Source: a virus (Duplodnaviria > Caudoviricetes). From it: 64,000 nt of DNA. The stretch covers positions 160,001-224,000 of IMG/VR virus record IMGVR_UViG_3300021400_000034. One strand, given 5' to 3'. The notes below the pieces were generated by a model. It saw nothing but the letters and a program-made list of their open reading frames with translations, was not told the origin of the DNA and made no database searches. A program made the translations under genes and the position numbers. Below, one piece after another: positions 44,819-53,927 of this stretch. Numbering within the stretch: position 1 is the first letter of the stretch; the number at the start of each line of letters is the position of its first letter.

Positions 44819-45943
44819 CTAAGCGACCTTGGCCGCGATGGTGGTCTCGTAGAAGGTCTGGAGCTCTTCGTCGGAGATGTCGTAGACCCAGTCTTCCTGA
44901 GCCATCATGTCCTGGTAGACCAGGTTGTTGATGATGGCGACCTGAGCTTCCTTGCTCATGCCTTCACGGATGAAGGCAGAGAAGTTCTTCTTCCACTTCT
45001 CGGGAACATCCTTCTTGGTGTCCTTCTTGTAAGCAGTGACGAAGATCTTAATGTCGTTCGTGAGCTTGGTAGCCGTGGCGACGTCGAAGAGATCATCATC
45101 GTTCTTCGGCTTGATGGACTTCCAGTCGCGGAGGATGTCCTCAGCGCCAACGGCAGAGGAAGCGTTCTGGTAGAACGGAGCGTATTTGACCGCGATTGTC
45201 GGACCTACGTAGCCAGACATCATGTTGATGACGAAGGCGTTGTCAAGCTTCTTGACGTTCTTGACCTTCTCTGCGTTGTAGAGGTTGTCGGAAGCGTCGA
45301 ACCAAGAGCGGCGAGAAGGAAGGACGACGAGCTCGGAGCCGTCACCAGCGCCGACATCCATAGCCTTCGCGTTAGAGAACGGATCGAGGTCGGACTTGTT
45401 CTTGGAGAGGTAGTCGATGATAGAGGGGTGTATCTTCGCAGCCTTAGCGTGAGCCATCCATTCGTTGAAGGTCGGATCCAGCCAGTAAGCAGCGTAGCGG
45501 CTCAGCTGTGCGGGGTCAGGAATTTCGCCTTCGTAGCCGTGGAATCCCGGAGGGTTAGCGGCAGCGAATACGCGAGAGCCCGGAGCGAGCTTCTTGTCAG
45601 CGATGGTCTGGTCGAGGCAGAGGCTCATAAGAGCGTTGCGGACGTCCGGGTTAGCACGGAAGACTTCGTCGAAGAAGAGCAGCACCGGTTCGTCCGGAGA
45701 GTACCAGTAAGTGGGGTTGAAGACCGTCTTGCCGTCCTTGATAGACGGAAGACCGAGGATGTCGCCCACGTCGTTGAGGTGGGTGCAGTCGAAGCAGATG
45801 ACCTTGAGGCCGAGCTGTTTGCCGATCTGGCGGATGACTTGGGTTTTACCGATACCAAACTCGCCAATGGCGAGCATTGCCTTGTGCGACGGGCAGCAGA
45901 GGGCGAGGTCGGTGAATTCGGCGATGGAGACTTTTGCGAGCAT
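44819..45943 (-). CDS. MoxR/dynein-related AAA+ ATPase
   Basis: GEFGIGKT, DILGLP, LFFDEVFRA, AAANP, DPAQLSRY, PSRRSW. Confidence 0.9.
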   Translation of the reverse strand: MLAKVSIAEFTDLALCCPSHKAMLAIGEFGIGKTQVIRQIGKQLGLKVICFDCTHLNDVGDILGLPSIKDGKTVFNPTYWYSPDEPVLLFFDEVFRANPDVRNALMSLCLDQTIADKKLAPGSRVFAAANPPGFHGYEGEIPDPAQLSRYAAYWLDPTFNEWMAHAKAAKIHPSIIDYLSKNKSDLDPFSNAKAMDVGAGDGSELVVLPSRRSWFDASDNLYNAEKVKNVKKLDNAFVINMMSGYVGPTIAVKYAPFYQNASSAVGAEDILRDWKSIKPKNDDDLFDVATATKLTNDIKIFVTAYKKDTKKDVPEKWKKNFSAFIREGMSKEAQVAIINNLVYQDMMAQEDWVYDISDEELQTFYETTIAAKVA

Positions 45944-45987
45944 ATTTCTGGTCCTTGTTGAAGTGGCTCTTTTTATCTTACATATAC

Positions 45988-46020
45988 AATATAAGTAAAT
46001 TCAGAGAAACTCTAAACCCC
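45988..46020 (-). promoter_or_regulatory. Early promoter
   Basis: GGGGTTTAGA-N17-TATATT. Confidence 0.75.
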
Positions 46021-46024
46021 TAAA

Positions 46025-46264
46025 TCAAGATTTTTCTGATTTTTCTTCTACCCTGCTGAATATCGTGAGCAGATCCGAGAAGTCCTTCTTGAACTGGTCA
46101 ATGCCTATACCGTACTTTTCGAGCACTGCATGACAGTTGAACCCGTACTTGTTGCTATCCTGATAGTAGATCATAGCTTTTTCGATCTCGTTGTATGAGA
46201 TCAAATCGTGATATTTCCACTCAACGAATTCGTGTATGAATTTAGCGATTTCTCTCTTGTTCAT
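46025..46264 (-). CDS. Hypothetical protein
   Basis: GAGG RBS directly after vWA gene. Confidence 0.65.
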   Translation of the reverse strand: MNKREIAKFIHEFVEWKYHDLISYNEIEKAMIYYQDSNKYGFNCHAVLEKYGIGIDQFKKDFSDLLTIFSRVEEKSEKS

Positions 46265-46273
46265 GTTTACCTC

Positions 46274-47839
46274 TTAGTCGTCCCAGACATGAGTGAGTTC
46301 CTGAATCGAAGCGTGATGCCTGACGAACTGCGGCACCGAGTATTCCTTCTCCGAAGAGATGATGAATATCGGAGTGGGCGTGAGGTTGTTCTCCTTCCAG
46401 TCCCAGTAGCAGTCCGTGAAGATCACGACGCCGTCGTAGTGCTTGTTGTGCTGTTTGAGCCATTCACCGATGCAGGCAGGATCGGTACCTCCGCGACCCG
46501 GAGCTTCGATCTTCTGGATGTTCTTGGTGAGCTTCTTCGGCTCGACCATCTGAGCGTCCCAGAATGCCAGATCGATCTCGGTCTTCTTGTAGAAGTTGTG
46601 GAGGATAGCGCAGCCCTTCTCGATGTCGGACTGGCTCATGGATCCACTAGAGTCGATCGCGAAGAGCATGCGAGTCTTGCGGTCGGTTCGATAGCCAGGC
46701 AGGTATTCGTAGCGCTTGTTTACGCGGAGACGAGTGGAGATGCGCTTGCGAGAGCGGACCGTAGCGCCGAAGCCAGCGATGATCGGGACGATGTTGACCT
46801 TGCGCTTGTTCTGGAGCAAGATCTCTTCGACCTGATTGCCGCTGAGCTTGCCCCAGCCAGTGATCTTGCACTTGTTCTCCACGACGTCGCGGATCATCTC
46901 GTCTACGATATTGTTTTGGCCCCACTCTTCTGTGTTTTCTTCGCCTGACTGGTTCCAGTCGTCGAACTTCTCTTTTCCAGATCCGCTATTCGAGTCTTCA
47001 GAGTCAGATTCTCCACTGCCAGTTCCAGGCCGATGTTGAGCATCTCCATCACCACTGCCTTCGCCTTCGGAGTCAGACTGTTGATCTCCTCTGAGACCTT
47101 CAGAAGATCCTTCTGAGTCAGCGTCGTCCCCGCTGCCGTCTTGATCTTGGTCTTCTTGGCTTTCACCTTCTCCTTGACCTTGATCTTCTTGATCCTCGTC
47201 GCCTTCGCCGGAGTCTCCGCTTTCGCGATTATCGTTTTCGTCTTTGCCATTGTCGGCTCCTTTGTCCTTCTTGGACTTTGTTTGTTGAGACTGTTGACCT
47301 TCGCCGTCTTGGCTCTGGCCGTTCTGTTGAGATTGTTGCTGCTGTTCCTGATTCTGGTTCAGCATGTCGTAGACAGCTTCGTAGTAGAAGTCGTCCTTGT
47401 CGATTTTCTTGCCGATCTCGTCCTCGATGGTGATCTTGGACCAGACGGCCTTGCGTACGTATTCAGCGACGTCGCTCGGAGCGCTGCTGAGGAAGAACTG
47501 GAGTTCCTTAGAGTTGCAGACAGCGGTAGAGGCCTTGTAAGCGTTCGGGCCCTGAAGTTCGCGGTGCGTGCAGTGATGAAGAATGAAGCGGTAGAGCTCG
47601 ATGGCCATGATGAAGACGAAGACGGACTTGTCGATAGAGCAGACCCATTCCTCGTTGTATTCGAGGTAAGGAGTTACGTCGGTCTTGACGCAGATTCTCA
47701 TGGACTGGATGTTGTTGTTGACGCGCTTCGTGAAGAGAGCATAGAACGAGAGCAGGTTCGGGATGTAGAGCCCGAAGTAGTCCACCGCGTTGGTGAACTT
47801 GTTCTCGATAGCTTCTTTTGTGACTTCTATGGAGTTCAT
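46274..47839 (-). CDS. vWA-domain protein (DUF2201-type: peptidase-like N-terminus, acidic linker, vWA)
   Basis: AIDSSGSM MIDAS, GRGGTD, VIFTD; partner of MoxR ATPase. Confidence 0.88.
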   Translation of the reverse strand: MNSIEVTKEAIENKFTNAVDYFGLYIPNLLSFYALFTKRVNNNIQSMRICVKTDVTPYLEYNEEWVCSIDKSVFVFIMAIELYRFILHHCTHRELQGPNAYKASTAVCNSKELQFFLSSAPSDVAEYVRKAVWSKITIEDEIGKKIDKDDFYYEAVYDMLNQNQEQQQQSQQNGQSQDGEGQQSQQTKSKKDKGADNGKDENDNRESGDSGEGDEDQEDQGQGEGESQEDQDQDGSGDDADSEGSSEGLRGDQQSDSEGEGSGDGDAQHRPGTGSGESDSEDSNSGSGKEKFDDWNQSGEENTEEWGQNNIVDEMIRDVVENKCKITGWGKLSGNQVEEILLQNKRKVNIVPIIAGFGATVRSRKRISTRLRVNKRYEYLPGYRTDRKTRMLFAIDSSGSMSQSDIEKGCAILHNFYKKTEIDLAFWDAQMVEPKKLTKNIQKIEAPGRGGTDPACIGEWLKQHNKHYDGVVIFTDCYWDWKENNLTPTPIFIISSEKEYSVPQFVRHHASIQELTHVWDD

Positions 47840-47868
47840 CGGCTGGTCCTTGATGAGTTAACATATAC

Positions 47869-47901
47869 AATATAAGAACTTCTCGGAGAAATCTAAACCC
47901 C
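47869..47901 (-). promoter_or_regulatory. Early promoter
   Basis: GGGGTTTAGA-N17-TATATT. Confidence 0.75.
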
Positions 47902-47930
47902 TAAAATGAGAAAAATCTCAACTTTTTCTA

Positions 47931-47959
47931 TTTAGATTTTCACAAAATTTACCTATATT
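47931..47959 (+). promoter_or_regulatory. Early promoter (divergent)
   Basis: TTTAGA-N17-TATATT. Confidence 0.7.
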
Positions 47960-47991
47960 GTATATGTAGAACCAGCTAACAAGGACCAGAT

Positions 47992-48591
47992 ATGTTAGAC
48001 AACCGCAAGATCTATCCCCGCTCGAAAGTCGCCCTTCTCAAGGTCGCCAACCCAGATCTAGCTCCGCTGTGGGGTCTCATTCAGGGCAAGATCACCTCCT
48101 CACACTACGCTTCGATCGTCTTCCAGGAACAGAAGGCCCTGGACCGTCGCGGCATCGGCGGCTTCTTCACCGAGCACAAGTTCGTGAACATCCTCTATCT
48201 CTCGGACAAGTACTTGGACGCTGGCACGAACACTCTCAAGTTCGACACCGACGAGGATCTCGCTATATTCATTCACGAGTGCTCCCACTTCCTGCACCTG
48301 TCCTCGAACGGCGGCAAGTTCCTCATGAGGGACGTCGGAGATCTGCCTCCGCTCAGCGCTGCGAGTCGTCCTACCCCGAAGCAGCGCTACTGGGCTGAGC
48401 GCGAAGCTTGGTTCCGCTCCTTGGGTCTCAACCGCTGCTTCCATCTCGGTCTCGAAGACGCTATAAATACCGCTAACGCGAAGAACATGCTCGCCGTCGA
48501 GGTCAGCATGGGACTCCGCAAGGGAAAGCTCGAAGATCTCAAGAAGGAAGCTCGGTCGATGAAGATCACCGACTTCGTCCTCAAAGACTAG
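47992..48591 (+). CDS. Zincin-like metallopeptidase
   Basis: FIHECSH and downstream AEREAW. Confidence 0.7.
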   Translation: MLDNRKIYPRSKVALLKVANPDLAPLWGLIQGKITSSHYASIVFQEQKALDRRGIGGFFTEHKFVNILYLSDKYLDAGTNTLKFDTDEDLAIFIHECSHFLHLSSNGGKFLMRDVGDLPPLSAASRPTPKQRYWAEREAWFRSLGLNRCFHLGLEDAINTANAKNMLAVEVSMGLRKGKLEDLKKEARSMKITDFVLKD

Positions 48592-48608
48592 CGCAACGTC
48601 GTCCAAGC

Positions 48609-48616
48609 TATAAATA
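48609..48616 (+). promoter_or_regulatory. Late promoter
   Basis: TATAAATA 4 nt before ATG. Confidence 0.8.
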
Positions 48617-48620
48617 CTAT

Positions 48621-51353
48621 ATGAGCTTGGACTACACTAAGATAACGCATGAGAGTCTGCTAGCAGAGTGGAACAACCGCGTTCTAGCAGACGAGAGATA
48701 CAAGAATCTCAGTCACGCCAGCATCTACTCATTCTTCCAAGAATTCCTAGCTGGAACGATGGATCTGGTGAACTTCTACATTCAGAGAACTGCCGAGGAG
48801 AACTACCTCGACACGGCTAAGCTTGACTCTAGCGTGATCAAGCTAGCTCACAACCTAGGATATCAGCCGAAGCGTCCGATTCCAGCAGTCGCTGACATCG
48901 TTATAGAGCTGAGAGGTCCTCTTCCGAAGACGGTCCAAGCTGGAGACACTATCTGGCTGAACAACGAAGCTCTAACGTTCTCTTTCAACGGTCACGACTT
49001 CATGCTTGACGCTTGCTACTCTTACAAGTTGACCGCAAAAGACATCGCAGACGGAAAGGATCCGTCTTGGAGAAAGAGGATCAGATACGCTACTGACGGC
49101 TACGCTGGTCATCGTGAAGGCTACATCGCTCTAGACGGCCAAGTCAACAGCGTATCTGCTGCTAAGCTGTACACGATAGGAATTCTTCAGGGAAAGAAGG
49201 TCAAGAAGATCATCGAGCCGCTCGTCTACTCTAATCAGATCGGCGAGCCTTACCAGATCTACGACATCAACGACGTGAAGTTCTCGAACTACTACGGCGT
49301 TCGTGATCCGTTCGCTACGATAGACGGTCAATACTCCAAGAAGTTCGGCATGTGCCGCGTCGGCATTGGAAGAACAGAGACGGAGGCGATGCTTGAAGAT
49401 AACCTCTACGACATCGAAGAGCTCGCCGTCGAGATGAACTCCAAGTTCAAGAGAGAAGAACATCTCACGGAGAAGGAGATCAGCAACCAAGCTCAGATCG
49501 TCGCTTTGACCTCTAACTACGACAAGACTGTCCGCTTGGAGTTCGGAAACGGTGTAAGCACTTCCTGCGGCCTTAAGAGCACAGAAGACATTCTATGTGT
49601 CGAGTATCTCATCACTGACGGATCTGACGCTAACTATCCAGACGCTGAAGGTTCTGAGCTAAGAGTCGTCGGCAAAGTCTACGCTTCGGGCGAAGGACGC
49701 ATGACTAATCTGACGAACTACGTCTCGTTCATTCTAGACTCAGAGATTCATGGAGGTCAGGACTTCGAGTCACGCGACAGCATCAAGAGAAACGCTAGAA
49801 CGTTCTACGCTTCTAACGGAAAGCTTATCACTCTGCCAGACTATCAGTCTTGGCTGTTGACTATCACAGACCCAATCATCGTGAAGAACGCTATCGCTTA
49901 CGGCGAGAACCAGATCGAAGACAAAGGATATCAGCACGACGCTGGTATGTCAAACTTCGTTCTCTATACGATCTTCTCAGACGTCTACCGCAAGTATGAC
50001 GGACGCTATCGTCCTATCAACGTGTTCGATGAAGACGAAGATCTCAGCAACACGTTCTTGTACTTCGACTACAACACGTACATCAACCACTTGTCAGACT
50101 TCGTCAAGATGATGGCTGAGCCGAAGAACGGATGCACAGAGCAGCTGAACGACACTACGACGTTCGGAAAGTGGTGCAAGAGAATTCGAGATGTCGTCGA
50201 AGACCGAGTAGCGATCAACACTAAGCTTCTCAGCCTTCCACCCATCTTCCACTACTATGACGTTGTAGGCGACATTCAGGTCGACCGTCATATCGACATG
50301 TCTAAACTCAAAGATGAGCTAGAGAACAGCATCTACGAGTGGCTAGCAGAGAACACGTCATTCAATACGAAGATCTTCAAGTCCGACCTGATCGACCGAA
50401 TTCTTAAGCATCCAGACTGCTTGAGAGCTAACATCGACATTAAGGTCTCTGAGCTGATCAAGGGCGAGAGAAAGACATACAGATTCAACAACACTAGCGA
50501 AAAAGAGCGCATCACCGTCAACAGAGACATTCTGATTATCCCAGTCAGGGACATCAGAGGAAACGACATGAGAGATATTCTGAAAGACATGGTCGGACAG
50601 AGCATCGATCTAGAAGTCATTGACGGAACTGGCAACATCCAGTCTTACACAATCAAGAACTACAGCGCAGACGAAGAGCACGTCTATCTGAGAGTCAACG
50701 GAAGTCCTACTGTCAACGACGACTACATGTCAGACATCATTCTCGAAGAAGATTCCTTCAGCACTCGTGGCAATCTATCTAGCCTGACTGACAAGATGAA
50801 GGATCTGATCTACTACTGGATCAGCTCGAAGACTAAAGTCGAAGGGACAGAAGACAGACCTATCTCGCTACCGTACGAAATCAAGGTCGAGACATCTACA
50901 ACGAGAGATCAGATCGTCGATAAGATGAATGAGATAGATACCCAGATTAGAATCAGTCAGAGCAATGCTCGTAGAAGTGATGAGGATCAGGCAAGGCTTG
51001 ACGCGCTCAATGCCGAGTATCAAAGACTACTAGCACTCATCCAAAACTATGACGGAAAGCCAATCACTACCGACAGCACAGTCCGTCTGGAGACGTTCTT
51101 GAGAGTCGGCGCTAACTCTACTGACGTCAGCACGAACCTAAGCGAAGACTCGTTCTACTACATGCTCATCGACAACGTCAAGAGCGGAAATCTGTCTATG
51201 GACACTGTAAAGAGCGCTATGCCTTACATGTACCCTGCGCTCAAGGCTATCTTCGACGACAACGTTCTAGACGACAACAACAACATCGTATACTTCAGCT
51301 CTGAGAGAGAAATCCCAGTGCTGAGACTAAGATTCAGATACACGTACGCATAA
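48621..51353 (+). CDS. gp6: Baseplate wedge subunit
   Basis: ENYLDTAKLDSSVIKLAHNLGYQPK, LEFGNG, EYLITDGSDAN, GGQDFESRDSIKRNA, LITLPDY. Confidence 0.88.
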   Translation: MSLDYTKITHESLLAEWNNRVLADERYKNLSHASIYSFFQEFLAGTMDLVNFYIQRTAEENYLDTAKLDSSVIKLAHNLGYQPKRPIPAVADIVIELRGPLPKTVQAGDTIWLNNEALTFSFNGHDFMLDACYSYKLTAKDIADGKDPSWRKRIRYATDGYAGHREGYIALDGQVNSVSAAKLYTIGILQGKKVKKIIEPLVYSNQIGEPYQIYDINDVKFSNYYGVRDPFATIDGQYSKKFGMCRVGIGRTETEAMLEDNLYDIEELAVEMNSKFKREEHLTEKEISNQAQIVALTSNYDKTVRLEFGNGVSTSCGLKSTEDILCVEYLITDGSDANYPDAEGSELRVVGKVYASGEGRMTNLTNYVSFILDSEIHGGQDFESRDSIKRNARTFYASNGKLITLPDYQSWLLTITDPIIVKNAIAYGENQIEDKGYQHDAGMSNFVLYTIFSDVYRKYDGRYRPINVFDEDEDLSNTFLYFDYNTYINHLSDFVKMMAEPKNGCTEQLNDTTTFGKWCKRIRDVVEDRVAINTKLLSLPPIFHYYDVVGDIQVDRHIDMSKLKDELENSIYEWLAENTSFNTKIFKSDLIDRILKHPDCLRANIDIKVSELIKGERKTYRFNNTSEKERITVNRDILIIPVRDIRGNDMRDILKDMVGQSIDLEVIDGTGNIQSYTIKNYSADEEHVYLRVNGSPTVNDDYMSDIILEEDSFSTRGNLSSLTDKMKDLIYYWISSKTKVEGTEDRPISLPYEIKVETSTTRDQIVDKMNEIDTQIRISQSNARRSDEDQARLDALNAEYQRLLALIQNYDGKPITTDSTVRLETFLRVGANSTDVSTNLSEDSFYYMLIDNVKSGNLSMDTVKSAMPYMYPALKAIFDDNVLDDNNNIVYFSSEREIPVLRLRFRYTYA

Positions 51354-52387
51354 TGGATGAAGATATAGTAATAGAGATGGCTACCAAGAAGCTCGACAAC
51401 TCGAAAGAGGTGCGAGTGACTAGGTTAAAGAACAAAGTGATCACGCATCCTGCTGTTCACGAGAGCTGGGGCGATGTAGCTGCTTGGGACGAAGTCGTAG
51501 TCGACAAGATCGAAGACGCTGTTCTCTATCCTTACATGTATGACGCGACTAGGTTCTTCTACAAGGACAACATCGGAACGAATCTGTCTCTGAACAACGC
51601 AGTGAGCCACTTCGTGTTCTCACTAGGAGAGACTGTCGGTGAGCTCAAGTCTTTCAGTATGAACATGTCCACTAGACTAGACGAAGAAGGAGTCGATCAC
51701 TGGGACGAGAAGATCTACTACAGCGATACGTTCGCATACAATCCCGACACTGGCTTCTACTCGCTCGTGATCTACACTCCAGCGAAGTCCGTGGACTCTC
51801 ATGATAACCAGATCGGCTACAACGACTCTGTCATCTCAATAGAAGAGAACATGTCTGCTCCTCCAGAGAGCGCATTCTTGAGAGTGTCTGTTGAATATAG
51901 AACGAACTTGCCGCCCTGTCTCATCCAAGGAATCCCTAAGAAGTTCAATCCTGCCGAGGAGGATCCAGTCTTCCCAGTAGACGCAACTAGGGTAGACATC
52001 GGAGTCAACCAGATCCCAGACTACTTCCAGAACTCGCAGGGCTACACTCAGGACTATCTCTTCACGAACTCCTCGGCTATGTACGTCGCTGACGCGAGCG
52101 GATTCATTCCAGAGGAAATCTCAAACGACTACACATTCTCTGGTGTGAGCGCTTATCTTGAAGATAGTGATACTACGATGAAGATTCCTGTAGACTTCGA
52201 GGTTCTCTCCGACGAGCACATAAAAGAGAAATCTCTAGATGTCACCGTTGAAGGAACTTCAGCCTCTTACTCGGCTCAGCTAGAGAGGGTCATCTGGAGA
52301 ACGAAAATCAAGAATAGCATGAATTCGACGAACAAGAACATCCTGACAATCGAGGCTGCAGTCGAGCCGACAACGGACGAGGTATAA
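51353..52387 (+). CDS. Putative virion structural protein
   Basis: Coupled to gp6, between baseplate and tail tube genes. Confidence 0.6.
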   Translation: MDEDIVIEMATKKLDNSKEVRVTRLKNKVITHPAVHESWGDVAAWDEVVVDKIEDAVLYPYMYDATRFFYKDNIGTNLSLNNAVSHFVFSLGETVGELKSFSMNMSTRLDEEGVDHWDEKIYYSDTFAYNPDTGFYSLVIYTPAKSVDSHDNQIGYNDSVISIEENMSAPPESAFLRVSVEYRTNLPPCLIQGIPKKFNPAEEDPVFPVDATRVDIGVNQIPDYFQNSQGYTQDYLFTNSSAMYVADASGFIPEEISNDYTFSGVSAYLEDSDTTMKIPVDFEVLSDEHIKEKSLDVTVEGTSASYSAQLERVIWRTKIKNSMNSTNKNILTIEAAVEPTTDEV

Positions 52388-52390
52388 ATA
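52383..52390 (+). promoter_or_regulatory. Late promoter
   Basis: TATAAATA. Confidence 0.75.
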
Positions 52391-52426
52391 AAGAGAATAA
52401 ACACCTGTGTAGGAGAATTTTGAATT

Positions 52427-53056
52427 ATGGCTGAAACATCAAACGACATGAACGTGTTCACTAGCGAGATCGACAACTTCCAAGATCTCGCCAAGAACTT
52501 CCTATGGCAAGCCGTGATCATTCCCGAAGAGGGAACAGCTCTAGCTCAGCTGTTCAAGGCCCTAGGCGGCACCCGTCAGTTCACTTTACGCTGCAGAATG
52601 GCTGCTCTTCCGGAGAGATCCGTCGAATCTGAGCTCGAGACCCACTGGCAGGGCTCTAAGAAGGTCTTCCCTGGCCGTATGAAGCAAGACGGCGAGATGC
52701 AGATGAAGTTCGATGAGTTCCAGGACTGGACGACTTCTCACATGCTCCAGGCATGGATGAACCTCATGCACAACGCAAACATCAAGCAAGACGGAGGAGA
52801 TACGGCGGACTACTTCGGTCAGAAGACTGGCGCTGCTATTTCCAACTACATGACTCAGTACAGCGCAAAGATCCGTCTGACATGCTTCGACTCCAGACTC
52901 GAAGAAGGCCAGCCTCACGACTACACCTGCTACTACTGCTGGCCGAAGACGATGTCTCAGGTTCAGCTCGACATGGCTGGCTCTGAGAAGATCGAACGTG
53001 AAGTCACATTCAGATACTCTACGTTCCAGGAGACGAATCCTAAGCTCAGCAAGTAA
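52427..53056 (+). CDS. gp19: Tail tube protein
   Basis: LAKNFLW, CRMAALPE, WQGSKKVFPG, AWMN, CWPKTMSQVQLD, VTFRY. Confidence 0.85.
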   Translation: MAETSNDMNVFTSEIDNFQDLAKNFLWQAVIIPEEGTALAQLFKALGGTRQFTLRCRMAALPERSVESELETHWQGSKKVFPGRMKQDGEMQMKFDEFQDWTTSHMLQAWMNLMHNANIKQDGGDTADYFGQKTGAAISNYMTQYSAKIRLTCFDSRLEEGQPHDYTCYYCWPKTMSQVQLDMAGSEKIEREVTFRYSTFQETNPKLSK

Positions 53057-53072
53057 TTCGGAGGTCTGAGAG

Positions 53073-53885
53073 ATGGCAGTTAACAGCAATCCGAGAATTC
53101 CGAAGTTCTGCGAACACAGAGATCCCTACTATGACCTAGGGTGGATAGACAACCTATCCGCGTTGAAAGCCTATATTCTCCGACAGCTTGGGGCACCGAA
53201 GATCTGTGTTGAGCTAACTGACGAACAGCTGACTGACATCATAGGAGACACTCTCCGCTACTTCTGGAAATACTACAGCCAAGGACATCGAGAAGACTAC
53301 TTGGCTTTCGAGCTCGTTCCTGGCATGACTCACTACAAGATCTGTCAAGAGCTCGAAGAGGTCGTCGACTTAGAGCTAGCGTCATGGCTAGGAAACGTCG
53401 ACAACCTTCTGACGCCCGTCAACAACATGCTAGTGAACCAGTTCCTTCCGTATGGCGGAGGCAAGTACGTCTCCACGTGCTGGGGAACTTCTGACTATGG
53501 CGACATTCTAGGAAACTGGAACGCTACACTGACATGGCTCGAAGAAGCGAAGATGGACTTCGGACGCAAGTATCGCGTGAAGTACATCCGAGAACAGAAG
53601 GCTCTGTCTGTCTGGCCGACACCTAAGTTCCCAGAACGAGCTCTGCTGAGAGTCTACAAGCGTGAGCACTTCATGAACCTCATTCAGGATCCGCTGTTCC
53701 GTGAGCTGCTCGTCGCGAAAGCTGGATGGCTATGGTCGCTCGGAATGAGAAAGTACACGCTTCAGCTCGCTGGCGGCGGTCAGCTAAACGGCGACTCTCT
53801 CGCATCCGACTTCAAGCAAGACATCAAGGACATCAAGGATCGCATCGATCTAGAGTCTCCAGTCAACGAGATCATCGTAGGCTAG
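53073..53885 (+). CDS. gp13: Neck protein
   Basis: LKAYILRQLGAPKICVELTDEQL, RKYTLQLAGGGQLNG. Confidence 0.88.
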   Translation: MAVNSNPRIPKFCEHRDPYYDLGWIDNLSALKAYILRQLGAPKICVELTDEQLTDIIGDTLRYFWKYYSQGHREDYLAFELVPGMTHYKICQELEEVVDLELASWLGNVDNLLTPVNNMLVNQFLPYGGGKYVSTCWGTSDYGDILGNWNATLTWLEEAKMDFGRKYRVKYIREQKALSVWPTPKFPERALLRVYKREHFMNLIQDPLFRELLVAKAGWLWSLGMRKYTLQLAGGGQLNGDSLASDFKQDIKDIKDRIDLESPVNEIIVG

Positions 53886-53892
53886 TTTCCGC

Positions 53893-53900
53893 TATAAATA
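53893..53900 (+). promoter_or_regulatory. Late promoter
   Basis: TATAAATA. Confidence 0.75.
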
Positions 53901-53927
53901 ATCTGATAAAGAAACTAGTGGAGTTTT

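Noticed and set aside
48462-48469. TATAAATA inside the 47992 gene
   Set aside because: Intragenic, and a better-placed copy lies at 48609
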